Assembly (NCBI GenBank): GCA_977017645.1
Contig: OZ360238.1
Span: 39,308,001 to 39,372,000 of the forward strand
Direction: 5' to 3'
DNA: 64,000 bases
DNA from: Torpedo marmorata
Lineage: Eukaryota
Part shown: positions 24,185-37,080 of the stretch, piece by piece
Position numbering within the stretch: the first letter of the stretch is position 1
Layout of the letters: the number at the start of each line of letters is the position of its first letter
The notes under the pieces: model-generated
Databases searched by the model: none
What the model saw: only the letters and a program-made list of their open reading frames with translations
Told to the model about the DNA's origin: nothing
Translations under genes and position numbers: made by a program

Positions 24185-24564
24185 TGTAGCCGACTGCTAC
24201 GAAGAAACACACACACGCAGTGTGGAAGGTTAAGCTCTCTGCTTTATTGAGGCTGGAAATGCTTCTTTTATACAGTTGGAGTTCCCGCTGTTTGGTTGAT
24301 TGGTTGACATCAGCGGCATGAATAACAATAGCGGGCGGGAACGTTCTTGCATATGAATACCCTTCTTCCCCAGCCTGGTATTGATCTGTTAGCTGGGCAG
24401 CTTGGCCAGCGCCATTTTAGGGCTGCTGGTCTTGTACTGCTCCTGCTTTCAACTGCGCCGGTTCGCTATGCTAAGGGTCGCGTTACAGGGTGTTATGCCG
24501 CTGTTTACTACCGCGCGTGCCGCGCGATGTGCCGGCTCGATCTCCGCGGTGGTGGGCCGCCACA
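24185..24564 (-). mobile_element. Solo LTR (380 bp, probably Gypsy)
   Basis: TGTAGC...GCCACA termini; 4-bp TSD aggc (24181-24184, 24565-24568); minus-strand TATAAAAG (24265-24272) and AATAAAG (24242-24248); CpG-rich. Confidence 0.85.
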
Positions 24565-24579
24565 AGGCTTTCATTCATG

Positions 24580-25255
24580 TAACGCCTTTCATAGAGCAGG
24601 CCTTTCGGCCCACGATGTTCTGCCGACCTATGCAAACCTACTCCACAACAATCTAATCCTTCCCTACCTCACACCCATATCCCCCTATTTATCTTACATT
24701 CATTTGCCTAACCAAAGAGTCTTTTGAATTTCCCAATTGTACTCGCCTTCACCATCATCCCTGGCACCCATCGCTCTCTGAGTAAAAAACGTATCTCTGA
24801 CATTTCTAAACTTTCCTCCACTCACCTCAAACACATTTCCTCTGGTATTTGTTATTATCGCCCCAGGAAAATGTTGCTGGCTGTCCACCCTATCTCTGCC
24901 CCTCATGATCTGATATACCTCTATTAAGTCACCTCTCATCCTTCATTGCTCCAAAGAGAAAAGCCCTAGCTCTGTCAACCTTGCTTCATATGACATGTTT
25001 TCTAATCCAGGCAACGATCCTGGTAAATTTCCTCTGCACCCTTTCCAACGCATTGACATCCTGTTATGACGTGACCAGAACTGAACGCAACACTCCAAAT
25101 GTGGTCTAACCAGAGTGTTATCGAGGTTCAACATTACCTCATGACCGTATGCCTTCTTAACCACCCTATCAACTGGAGTGGCAACCTTGAGGAATCCATG
25201 AACCTCAACCACAAGATCTCTCTGTTCCTCCACACTGTTAAGAATCCTGCCATTG
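24580..25255 (-). mobile_element. CR1 3' fragment
   Basis: Peptides LVRPHLECCVQFWS, LGLFSLEQ and MRGDLIEVYQIMRGRDRVD. Confidence 0.88.
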
Positions 25256-25301
25256 TGACTTCCAAAAAAGATTTAAAAGACAATGATAAAATTACAATGA
25301 T

Positions 25302-26043
25302 ATGACAACAACCTTGCGCTCAACGTCAGCAAAACCAAGGAGATGATTGTGGACTTCAGGAGGAAGTCAGAGGAACACGACCCAGTCCTCATCGAGGGTT
25401 CAGTAGTGGAGACGGTCAAGAACTTCAAATTCCTGGGTGTCAACATCTCCGAGGATCTGTCCTGGAGCCTCCACATTGATGCAATCACAAAGAAGGCTTG
25501 CCAGCGGCTATACTTTGTGAGGTGTCTGAGGAGATTCGGTATGTCACCGAAGACTCTCGTAAACATCTACAGGTGTACCGTGGAGAGCATTCTGGCTGGT
25601 TGCATCACTGCCTGGTATGGAGGCGCCAACTCTCAGGACAAGAATAAACTCCAGAGGGTTGTTAACTCGGCCTGTGACATCACAGGTACCAAACCTCACT
25701 CCATCGAGGACATCTACATGAGGCGGTGTCTTAAAAAAGCAGCCTCTGTCCTCAAAGACCCCCACCACCCAGGCCATGCCCTCTTCACTCTGCTACCATC
25801 GGGAAAAAGGTACAGGAGCCTAAAGTCGAGCACTCGACGGCACAAGGACAGCTTCTTCCCCACTGCCATCAGATTCCTGAATAACCAATGAACCAAATAC
25901 ACTGCCTTACTTTTCGTGCACTATAATTTATATTTTTTTATGGTAATGTCGTAAGATGGTTATAATATGAATGTTTTCACTATGATGCTGCTGCAAAACA
26001 CCGAATTTCATGACTTGTTCATGACAATAAATTCTGATTCTGA
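25302..26043 (+). mobile_element. Rex1 family A, 5'-truncated
   Basis: [17 protein letters not shown]...FLNNQ plus the family A tail. Confidence 0.92.
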
Positions 26044-26379
26044 TATTCATTTGGACCAGGACACAGTTGACGTGCAGCTAATTTGCTCACAGCAAGCTCC
26101 CAATGTGAAAAATAACTGGATAGCTGCCTGAATGATGCTGATTCCTGAATAGGTTTTCGCCATGACTCTGGGTGTTAACCCTGGACTCTAGGCCAATATT
26201 TATTGCTCAATCTACCCCAAAAAAACAAATTATTGGGTCATTCTCATGATGTTTTTTGTGGGCATTTATGTGCAGACTGGCTGTGGGTTTTACAGCAGCA
26301 CCATACTGTCTACCTTCAAGAAAATTTCATTGGCTGCCAACAATTTTAAGTATAATTGGAAAAATGATGAACAATCTCT

Positions 26380-26622
26380 GTTAGCATAGTGGTTAGGACA
26401 ACACTGTTACAGCACCAGCGATCGAGACCGGGGTTCGTATCCCACGCTGTCTGTAAGCAGTTTGTACGTTCTCCCTGTATCTGCGTGGGTTTTCCCTGGG
26501 GGCTCCTGTTTCCTCTCACCGTTGAAAACGTACCGGGTGTTGTCGGTCAATTGGGTATAATTGGGCGGCATGGGCTTGTGGGCCGAAAGGTCCTGTTACC
26601 GTGCTGTATATCTAAAAAAAAT
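26380..26622 (+). mobile_element. V-SINE
   Basis: Consensus match. Confidence 0.85.
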
Positions 26623-26829
26623 CTATTATTGGGACAGGCAGTAAATAAATGCAGGTCTTTCTTCTTTGTTTTAGCTCATAATATGTGCTTCTAGCCATTA
26701 ACCTCGAGCTTCCTCTAAAATACTGCCCAGGTCAACTACTCCATGTGGTAGTGTGTTCCATATTACAATCACACTAAACAAAATGTTTGCATTTACTTCT
26801 AACTGGATTTATCGATTTATTATTTATAG

Positions 26830-27090
26830 TCAGCATGGTTGGCATAATGGTTAGCGCAAAGCCTTTACAGCACCAGCGATCGGGACTGGACCGGGGTTCA
26901 AGTCCCGCGCTGTCTGTAAGGAGTTTGTATGTTCTCCCCGTGTCTGCGTGTGTTTTCTCTGGGGGCTCCGGTTTCCTCCCACCGTTCAAAACGTACCGGG
27001 GGTATAGATTAATGGAGTGTAAATTGGGTGGCACGAACTCGTGGGCCGAAATGGCCTGTTACCGTGCTGTATGTCTAAATTTAAAATTTT
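26830..27090 (+). mobile_element. V-SINE (subfamily with an extra insert before the B box)
   Basis: cagcgatcgggactggaccggggttcaagtcc head; a similar variant occurs at 31199. Confidence 0.88.
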
Positions 27091-27340
27091 AAGAAGTCCT
27101 TTGACTTGATCTGTGCCACTTGGAGAAGTCATCTACTATGCTCGATCCATTTATAATATAAAGGGCCTCAATAAGGTCACTCCAAGGCGACCTCTTGTCT
27201 ACAGGGTACACATCCAGACTGTTCGGTTACTGAAAGTCAAGCTCTCAGTTCTGGTTTGTACATCCTATGCTCTACAGGGGTTAGAAAAATGAGCAGTAAT
27301 TTCTTTGAGATAAAAGAATTTATGGGGACTTGACAAAATA

Positions 27341-27603
27341 CAGTAAATCCCCTGTTATCCAGAATTCAGGCAACCAGCAGCCTCAAGCAACTGGCAAAAA
27401 AAAAAAAAAAAAAAAAAAAACAAAAAAAAAAAAAAAAAAAAAAAAACGCAGAAAATAAATAGGTAAAAACTACAGAAGTTTAAAATTGGCGCGCCTCACC
27501 ATTAGTTGGCCAATCACGCAACATGCAATCTCAAGCAACTGGAAAATTCACTTATCCGACATCAACCAATCCCTATAGGTGACAGATATCAGGGGTTTTA
27601 CTG
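27341..27603. mobile_element. TcMar (Tigger-like) MITE with an internal A tract of about 50 nt
   Basis: TIRs CAGTAAATCCCCTGTTATC / GATATCAGGGGTTTTACTG with TA on both sides. Confidence 0.85.
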
Positions 27604-28299
27604 TAGTTGTACAGACCCCAAGAGGTGTAGCAAACCTTCCTCTAAGTATGTGGGTTCCAGTTCTGCTGAGTTGCAACCAATCCAGCCTGTACGGTCCCAC
27701 CTCCCACAGAACTGGTCCCAATGTCCCAGAAATCTAAAGGGCTCTCTCTTGCACTATCTCTCCTACCACAGAGAGTAATCTGGAGATTACTTGGTTTGAG
27801 ATCTTGCTTCATAATATCTTTCCTACCTCTTTAAAATCTCTCTGTAGAATCATCTTTTTTTTTGTATCTTTGTCAGTGGACTTCAATATCTGCTTGCTCT
27901 CTCCCTCCAGAATTCTCAGCAACATCTCACCAATATCCTTAAGCCTGGTGCCAAGGGGGCAACATACCATCCAGGAAAGCCTGTGTAACTACTGAAATGT
28001 TTGTCTGCACTCTCAATTAAAGAATCTATTCGTTTCTTAATCTCTTTCCTCCCACCCTGTACTGTTCTTTCTCGGCTTTGCAACTCTCTACCATTTCCTC
28101 TAACTGCTCACCAAATGTTCAGTTTTAAACCAAAATGATAGTCATATTTTGTCATTTTTGCAAAATATATCAATGAATCACTTTTGCATGTGGCAAACAT
28201 CAGCAGCTAATTTCCTCTCACCAAATGCAATGATCACCAGAGATCTCAATTTTAATTCAGAGATGCAGCACGGTAACATGAGACCATGAGACCATGAGA

Positions 28300-28565
28300 C
28301 CATGCTTGGATAATTTTTTGACTAATACTGAATTAAAGATAAATATTGGACTGGACACTGAGTATAACTCCCCTGCACTGTAGAATAAAATCAGATGATA
28401 TTTTGTGTCGACATAGGAGAACATAGAGACAATCATCTGAACCTTTACCAGTGCAGCACTCCTTGAGCACGGCACTGGAACCTCAGCCAAGAACGTTGTG
28501 CTCAAATTTCTGGAGTGAAATTTGAATCGAGAATTTCTGAATGAGGGGTGAGAGTGCGACAGCTG
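28300..28565 (-). mobile_element. Deu-domain SINE remnant
   Basis: cagtgcagcactccttgagcacggcactgga...ttgtgctcaaatttctggagtg is the reverse complement of the Deu core. Confidence 0.6.
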
Positions 28566-30009
28566 ATTGGTGACAAGAAAATTGCAATGTCATTTAATTA
28601 CCGGTTAGATCCTCTGAGGGCTATTTTACGTTCTTCTCAGACAGATAGAGATACAAGTAGGCTGAATGGTCTTCTTGCTTTGCATTGATCCTTTGAGTGT
28701 TTATCATGTAATTCTACTTGATGCCCATCCCCATCTCCAAAGAAACTATTACAAGCCAACACTTACTACAAATTGGTCAGTGATCAAGAATTTCATGGTT
28801 AAATGATGTGTCTTTACCTCCACGGGGTGGGAAGGGGACTGAGCAGTTTATCCCACTGTCTGTACCAATGATGCATTCCTTTCAAAATCTATCAACCATC
28901 CTGACGTAGCATGAAAGGTCGAAAATATTAATGGAGGGTCGTTTGCCAGCTGTAGGATTATTGAATGATCTCACATATCCCAGTTCTAGGAGCATGCAAT
29001 CATTCACATAACGGAGTCAATTTGATGCTAAAAGTTTTTTTTTATAACAATAACATGTTCGGCCTTCCATGGCAACGTGTACTTGGTAATTGTACTATTT
29101 GCAGAAAAATACTGGTGTGTTCAAACAAACCAAGCATTATGAACTGTTTGGCTGGAGGCATATTCAGTGTTCTATTATACCACTGCCATGTCTCCTTAAC
29201 TGGAGCTGAACCTGTTACATTAGCTTTACCAGTCAATCATCATGCAATTCAGAGTGGGAAGAAAAGCAAGGATGAAGAAGAAAGGAAACCATGTTCTGAA
29301 GATGCATGGGAGGATTTTGTTCCTGCGACAACTTTGCAATCATTCTCAGCCGCAAAACAACCACCACCCCCGCCCACCCAAAATATCATCATCATTTGAA
29401 TGGCGCCTTTGCCAGGTTGAGTTTGTATGGCTTTACTCGGGTGCTGTTGAAACCATGTTTCCTCTGGTCAAAGCTGCCAGGTTTGAGGAATAACTGTGTC
29501 CGTAATGGAAGTAGCCAAGTGCGTACTCGGATGCTGGTTCTTTCTCAATTGTTTCCCACCTCTCCTCCTACCGTCCAATGATATCAACACCCTCACTACC
29601 CTGCCCTGTGTCTCATTCCCTTGTAGGTGAATGAAGAGAGGTGTGTGACAGGCTTTTCAATAAAGCACATCAGAGTTCAGCCAGGCATCCGCAAACGCCT
29701 GTGAACGTGCATTGGCCAACGAGGTTTGTGTGTCTCTTCTGGTAGCTATCACCAATGCAGGAACCATCAGGTAAACATCTTGCCAAACAGATTCTCTGCA
29801 GTCCAATATAATTTGCTCCTTAAACCTCTCCATAAGGCCTCTCAGAGTCTCCATATGAGACTCAGAGGGTCAGAAGAGAAATGGTAGTCGACTTTTCAGA
29901 TAGGAACCCTTTATTGAAGCTGAAACATTCCTCAAACAACATTTGACCTGGTCAAGTACACAAAAGGGCTGGAGAAACTCTGCAGGTCAGGCAGCATCCA
30001 TGGAGAGAA

Positions 30010-30420
30010 ATGGGTTAGGAGAGACTGGATGGGTAGGATTGTTTTTCCTTGGAGCAGAGGAGGCTGAGGGGCGACCTGACGGAGCAAAGCAAAATTATGA
30101 GGGTAAAGATAAGGAGGGGAGGTTGTAAAAATCTTTTTCCTCTGCTAGGAGTGCTGAAGGCAAAGGGGCATGGGTTCAGGGCAAGAACTTGGAGGGGATA
30201 TAAAGGGGAATTTTTTTCACATGTCAGGAGGGTGATTGGGATCATCGAACGTGTTGCCTGAAGAAATGGTGGAGGCAGATTTCTCATTTCAGAAGCAGGT
30301 ATACATGAACTTGAATCATAGAAAACTGTAGATCTAATCTAGATAAACGTTAATAGATACAACAGGGGCTGTGAGCATAGTGGGCCAAACAACCTGTTGC
30401 TGTTGGTTTGAACTCTTTGA
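30010..30420 (+). mobile_element. CR1 3' fragment
   Basis: Peptide LFFLEQRRLRGDL...GHGFR...GEFF. Confidence 0.75.
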
Positions 30421-30479
30421 ACAGTTACTCCTTCTAGAAGGTGCAGATGTCATTAGGGGACTCAATCTCACCTTGAGAA

Positions 30480-30830
30480 GAAAGAATTAAAGTACCTTTC
30501 ACACTACTCTGAGAATGTCCAAAAGCACCATATTTCAATGAGTTGTTCTCGAAGTGTAGTCACTATCATAAAGTTGAAAATATGGCAACCAATTTACAAA
30601 GAATGCTCTGATAAAGGCCAGATCAAACTCTGAGGAATGAATAATGTCCCAGATGTCAGGGATGTCTTCCTTGCACTTTGAAATAGTGCCATAGCATTTT
30701 TACATATATTTGAGACAGCATCCATAACAGGGAAGTTCTCCCTCAGTGTTGGATACTGGATTATAATTCCAAACGACTGAATCTTCCTTCTTAAGAAATG
30801 TATCTAATGATTGAACCACAGCTGACAACA
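30480..30830 (-). mobile_element. Deu-domain SINE remnant
   Basis: gaagtgtagtcact...atggcaaccaatt...gaaatagtgccat...gacagcat...ccctcagtgt. Confidence 0.55.
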
Positions 30831-31198
30831 AAACTCTTGCTCTAAGTTCAACAGCCCCTCGACACTCACACTTTGATTCTCTATCTCTCTCAGACTTGCC
30901 ATCTCCTCACTGGCATCAACCAGTCTTTTGGGTTAACATGGGGATGTGGAGGCCGTAATTGCTTTCCACAGCAGAAATCTTGCATTTGGGCAGAAACTGG
31001 GGGTTTCCACAGGACATCCCTCAGAGTGGAAGACAGCCTGAGCAGAGTTCTCTCCTGCTCTTTGTCCAGGCCCCCTCTACTATCAGCCAAGGCAGCGCTG
31101 GTGTCGACAACCACAGAAGAGGCGGCAGCTATTGAGAGGATGAGAGGAGCGGTTCTGATGGCGGAGGCTGGAATGACAGGGAGAACGCCACAGCTAAT

Positions 31199-31410
31199 GG
31201 GGCGGCACGGTTGGCATAGCGGTTAGCGCAATGCCTTTACAGCGCCAGCGATTGGGACCGGACCTGGGTTCGAATCCCACGCTGTCTGTAAGGAATTTGT
31301 ACGTTCTCCCCTTGTCTGCGTGGGTTTTCTCCGGGGGCTCCGGTTTCCTCCCACCCTTCAAAAACGTACCGGGGTGTAGGTTAATGGAGTGTAAATTGGG
31401 CGGCACGGAC
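31199..31410 (+). mobile_element. V-SINE, 3'-truncated
   Basis: Consensus match. Confidence 0.88.
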
Positions 31411-32185
31411 AATGGGAGATAGAGCACCAAGAGTCAGGACAATTATGGCATTTACAGATGTTGCTCTCACTAGGATTATCGTTTTAATTTGCAAATGTAC
31501 TAAAATGCCAGAAACCCAGTTTGAACATTGTCATAATTAATAGTTCACCTGTTGTTTGACTAACATGTAGTTTTCTTAAAAACGTATAATTCAAAATGGT
31601 GCTAGAGAGAACTATCCTTATGCGGGGGGCCTGGATAGCATGCATAACTAAGCTTTCCACCATATCTCTGTGCACGTGGCAATAAATTAAATAAACTAAA
31701 CTATGAATCTTACACTGCTCAGCAAAATGTATTGGATCAGAGCTGCCAGCTTAGCTCAGTTTGTCGAATTTTCACCACTCACTCACAATGAAGTAGTTTC
31801 AATCTTCCTTGGTTTGAGTGTTGACTCTTGGCTACCATTTAATTGCTTCATTGTCGGAGACACTGGCTCCTAACCAAGGTTGCACTCCCTCTGGTGCTAT
31901 TTGGGAGCAGGCCAATGAACTCCCTTAAAATCCACATGATGGCTCATTCATCTCATTGCTCTTTGGGAGAATCTTGCCGTGCTAAAATAGTAGAGGTTTG
32001 TATGCATAACAACATTGACTGCAATTCAATGCATACAAAGCTGCTCTTCTGAACCCTGTGCTAAGAATCACTGCAACAGTTTTAAAATTCAGACTCTCCT
32101 CATTCAACTGGAGACAGTCAGCCATCGATGTCAGTCTGCCAGTTCTGGTCTCTCTTAATGTGGCAGCTGTTGCTTTAAATTTGGA

Positions 32186-34935
32186 AACCAAGGAACTGAT
32201 TGCGGACTTTAGGAAGGGGAAACCATAAGAACACAAACCAATCCTCATCGAGGGGTCAGCAGTGGAAAGTGAAAATAATTTCAAATTCCTGGGTTTCCAA
32301 GGTGTCAACATCTCTGAAGATCTATCCTGGGGCCATCACGTTGATGCAATCATGAAGGAGGCATGCCCGCAGCTATACTTTGTGAGGCGTTTGAGGAGAT
32401 TTGGTATGTCAACAAAGACTCTTGCAAATTTCTACAGGTGTACTGTGGAGAGCATTCTGGCTGGATGCATCACTGTCTGGTGTGGAGGTACAAATGCACA
32501 GGACAGGAAATGGCTACAGAGAGATGTGAACTCAGCCAGCGCTATCATGGGCATTAGTCTTCACTCCATTAAGGACATCTACAAGAGGTCAGGTCAATCT
32601 GAAGAAGTCACTGACAAATTACCACCAACACATCACTTGCGAGACCAGGGGAACCAACACACTCGACCACTGCTACACCACCGTGAAGAACGCATACCGA
32701 GCCATACCACGACCGCACTTCGCAAGTCTGATCACCTGGCTGTACTTCTACTCCCGGCGTACAAGCAGAGACTGAAGACCACAGCACCAGTGGTGAGGAT
32801 GGTGAAAATATGGTCGAGGGGGGCGGAGGAACGTCTGCAGGACTGCTTTGAATCGGTGGACTGGAACATATTCAAGTACTCAGCCATAGACCTAAATGAA
32901 TATGCAACAGGTGTCACCGACTTCATCAAGACCTGCGTGGAGGAGTGTGTGCCCACACGCAAATACCGGGTGTTCCCCAACCAGAAGCCCTGGATGAATC
33001 AGAGAATTCGCAACCTGCTGAGGACGAGAACAAGGGCGTTTAAGGCCGGGGACCGGGATCTTTACAAAAAGTCCAGGCACGACCTGCGGAAGGCCATCTC
33101 TGAAGCAAAGTGGCAATTCCGGAGGAAGCTAGAGACAGAGACAGATACATGCCAGTTATAGCAGGGAGTGCAGGCCATTACAGCCTACAAAGCAAGAGCG
33201 AACACTATAGACGGTTGTGATGCTTCACTACCCGATGAGCTGAACACCTTCTATGCCCGCTTTGAGAAGAAGAACAAAACAGTGCCTACTAGAATCCCTG
33301 AAAAGGCTGAGGACCCTGTGATATCTGTCTCTGAGGGCGACGTCAGAACATCATTCAAGAGGGTGAACCCTCGCAAGGCGACCGGCCCTGACGGCGTACC
33401 TGGCAGGGTATTGAAACTCTGCGCCAACCAACTAGCCGGAGTGTTCACGGACATTTTCAACCTCTCATTGCGGCAGTCAGAGGTTCCCACCTGCTTCAAA
33501 AGGGCATCAAACATCCCGGTACCCAAGAAGAGTAGTGTGGGCTGCCTCAACGACTACCGCCCAGTAGCACTAACTTCTACTGTGATGAAATGCTTTGAGA
33601 GGCTGCTCAGGGCCAGAATTAACACATACCCAAGCAAAGATCTGGACCCACTGCAATTCGCCTATCGCCACAATCGCTCCACAGCAGATGCAATATCGCT
33701 GGCTCTCCACTCAGCTCTGGATCACCTCGAAAACAGCAATTCATACATACGGCTGCTCTTCATCAACTACAGCTCGGCCTTCAATACCATTATTCCCTCA
33801 GTGCTGGTCAAGAAGCTACAAACTCTAGGCCTCTGTACCCCCCTCTGCAACTGGATCCTTGACTTTCTCATCGGAAGACCACAGTCAGTACGAATTGGAA
33901 ACAATGTCTCCTCCACACTGATTATCAACACAGGCGCACCCCAAGGATGCGTGCTTAGTCCACTGCTCTACTCGTTATACACCCATGACTGTGTGGCCAG
34001 GCACAATTCCAATGCCATCTACAAGTTTGCCGATGACATCACAGTTGTCGGCAGAATCACAAACGGCAATGAGGAAGCGTACAGGAGGGAGATAGATCAG
34101 CTCGTTGAATGGTGTAATGGCAACAACCTTGAGCTCAACGTCAGCAAAACCAAGGAGATGATTGTGGACTTCAGGAGGAAGTCAGGGGAACACGACCCAG
34201 TCCTCATCGAGGGCTCAGTCATGGAGAGGGTCAAGAACTTCAAATTCCTGGGTGTCAACATCTCCGAGGATCTGTCCTGGAGCATCCACGTGGATGCAAT
34301 CACAAAGAAGGCTCGTCAGTGGCTATACTTTGTGAGGTGTCTGCGGAGATTCGGTATGTCACCAAAGACTCTCGTAAACTTCTACAGGTGTACCGTGGAG
34401 AGCATTCTGGCTGGTTGCATCACTGCCTAGTATGGAGGCGCCAACTCCCAGGACAAGAGTAAACTCCAGAGGGTTGTTAACTCGGCCTGTGACATCACAG
34501 GCACCAAACGTCACTCCATCGAGGACATCTACATGAGGCGGTGTCTTAAAAAAGCAGCTTCTATCCTCAAAGACCCCCACCACCCAGGCCATGCCCTCTT
34601 CACTCTGCTTCCATCGGGAAAAAGGTACAGGAGCCTAAAGACGAGCACTCAATGGCACAAGGACACCTTCTTCCCCGCTGCCATCAGATTCCTGAATAAT
34701 CAATGAACCAAAGACACTGCCTTACTTTTCGTGCACTATTGTTTATAATTTTTTATAGTAATGTCGTTAGATGGTTAATATGAATGTTAATTGCACTATG
34801 ATGCTGCCGCAAAACACCGAATTTCATGACTTGTTCATGACAATAAATTCTGATTGTGAGGTGATGTCTCAAGAAAGTAACCTCTATCCTCAAGGACCCT
34901 CACCACCCAGGCTATACCCTCATTGCTACCATCGA
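32186..34935 (+). mobile_element. Older Rex1-like fragment (32186-32589 plus 34858-34935) split by a family A copy
   Basis: KTKELIADFRKG...SLHSIKDIYKR continues after the insert as [14 protein letters not shown]. Confidence 0.8.
32590..34857 (+). mobile_element. Rex1 family A, longest copy (end of endonuclease, RT and 3' UTR), disabled
   Basis: [64 protein letters not shown]; stops at 33159-33161 and 34428-34430; 5-bp TSD gaggt (32585-32589, 34858-34862). Confidence 0.93.
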
Positions 34936-34954
34936 CTGCATTACACAAAGTAAC

Positions 34955-35135
34955 ACAAATATACAGAAATTTGTGTAGTGCACTTGACCCCAGCATCGGA
35001 AGACTTTCTTGTTTAACTCTGAAACGTCGACTGCCCATTACTTCCAATGGATGCTGCGTGACCTGCTGAGGTTTTCCAGCATGTTTGTGTATTGCACTCG
35101 ACCCCAGCCTCTGCAGACTTTCTTGTCTACCTCAC
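34955..35135 (+). mobile_element. Penelope-derived end fragment
   Basis: ctgaaacgtcgactg...gatgctgcgtgacctgctgag...ccagc...tctgcagacttt. Confidence 0.7.
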
Positions 35136-36224
35136 AGGTTTTGCAGGTTTAGCACCACAGGCTGGATAGGAATTTCAAAACAGCACTATTCAAAGAGATG
35201 GAAGGAACTGACTGTCTAAATTGAGAGATTATGTAATTTAGGCAAATTGGGAAGATTAAGGGACATGCATATAAATGGATAAGTACTTGGAATGGCAATA
35301 TCGGCAGATATATGGTGAGAGAACAGGATCTGGAATGCTCTGAAACGTGCCGGAGTGGGCAGGGTGATTTCCTTCATGCTGTGTGAATGGCCCAACATTC
35401 TGGAATGTTACCTCAATGAGCGTAAACTCAGATTTCTGCTCCCACGTCCTTTCCTGTTCACAAGGCCTTTCCAATAACATCTGTGTTTTTTCTGACCATT
35501 TTAAGCCAGCATCTTGAAAATTAGCCATGGGCATTCGCAATATGATCGAGGGTATCAGTGAAATAAAATCTATCCTGTTTCCACACCCTCCCAGTGAGGC
35601 AGGTTATTGGATTACTGGAAGGAAACTATCACCCGATTGAGCAATTCCTCCCAGCTAGGCTGGCTGCTGTGATCACCCTTGCAACTAACTGAGCCCTGTA
35701 TAAGAGAGGTGAATTATGAATCTTATACCACACCACAAAGGTCTATGCAGGATTGCGCTGGATAACATTTCACAACTGTAACCAGTCTTAATTGCTAGCT
35801 AGAAACCCACTTGCAAGTTGTATGTGGGCTTAAAATGATCAGCCACGGTTTTTGATCAAGTATGACCTCCATTATGGGTGGACATATCCCTGAAAACACA
35901 GTCATGATTCGAGAGCATAGCCTTCAGACAGGCCCGTGCATTCAGACCCAAAGTGGTTGGTTGGAGCCAGATTTCCAGTGAGATTGAAATTTGCTCACAG
36001 GACCCAATCAGCTGTGAGCCCTGAGATTGTGTCAAATACCTTCCGAGCTCATGTTTAAGCACCCTCTTTTAATTACTGCGATGGTCACCCAGCACATCTG
36101 CCCAATTCGGCCACGACAACCAAACTGATCTCTTTTGGTTATTATTCTCTACTTGTGGAATAAAAGTCTCGCTGGCAAGATCATGTCCAACTGGGCTTGA
36201 GAAAGGGAGACAGTTAACGTGGTG

Positions 36225-36460
36225 AAAAACGAAAGTCTGCAGACACTGTGATTGTAGTAAAAGCACACAGAAATGCTGGAGGAACTCATCCAGTCTCGCA
36301 GCATCCATAGGAGGTAAAGATATATTACAGACGCTTCAGGCCTGAGCCCTTAACATTTCAGTTCATAGGGTCTGATGTAGGGAGTCAGCCTGAAATGTTG
36401 CCTCTCTTCCTTTTTCCGTGGATCCATTTTCTGGATTCTTTTCTGCATTTGCATTCTTAT
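36225..36460. mobile_element. Penelope-derived ends in opposed arrangement
   Basis: The left part matches 50188-50310; the right part reads ctgatgtagggagtcagcctgaaatgtt. Confidence 0.7.
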
Positions 36461-36989
36461 GATTTTTAATTAGCCATGAGGTGAGTGCTGAGTGAGCTGG
36501 CTTCTTAAACCACTGGCATCCTTGGGGTGAATACACCCCATTCCCACCTCTCCCACAATGCCACCTGCAGGGAGTGCCAGGATTTCAAAGTAAAGATGAT
36601 AAAGGAACGGTGAGGCGCTTTCACGTCAGGTTGTCGAGAAACTCAGAAAAGAACCTACACGTGGTTGTGTTACCATGTGCTGACCTTATCCTTCATGGTG
36701 GGAGGAGTTGATAGCATTATTCCTCCAACTTCCGCCAGCTCATTAATTCAACACACGGCTGACTTCAGATGTGAATGGTGGCTTGTATGAACGCCAAGAA
36801 GCAAATGAATATAGCCCACAGTGTTCAGGTAAAATTCTCCGTGTGGTGAGAACACAATTCAAACTCTCTTTATGGCTCCAGCTGTAAAGCTATTCACCAA
36901 AGGTACAAAAAGGCTGATGTATCTTTCATCTGTGCTTATCTCAAGACTTCAGAATAGTCTACAACCAATGATACATGTTTTTGAAGTGT

Positions 36990-37080
36990 TTTTTGATTTG
37001 AGAAACACAGTGGTCAACAGTTTTGATATGGGAAACACAGTGGTCAACTGTTTTGATATGGGAAACACAGTGGTCAACAG
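36990..37080. repeat. 30-bp tandem triplication inside a Deu-SINE-like remnant
   Basis: (ttttgatatgggaaacacagtggtcaacag) repeated three times. Confidence 0.9.

Noticed and set aside
32262-33161. 299-aa ORF as a novel protein
   Set aside because: Chance read-through from an old Rex1 fragment into a younger Rex1 insertion.
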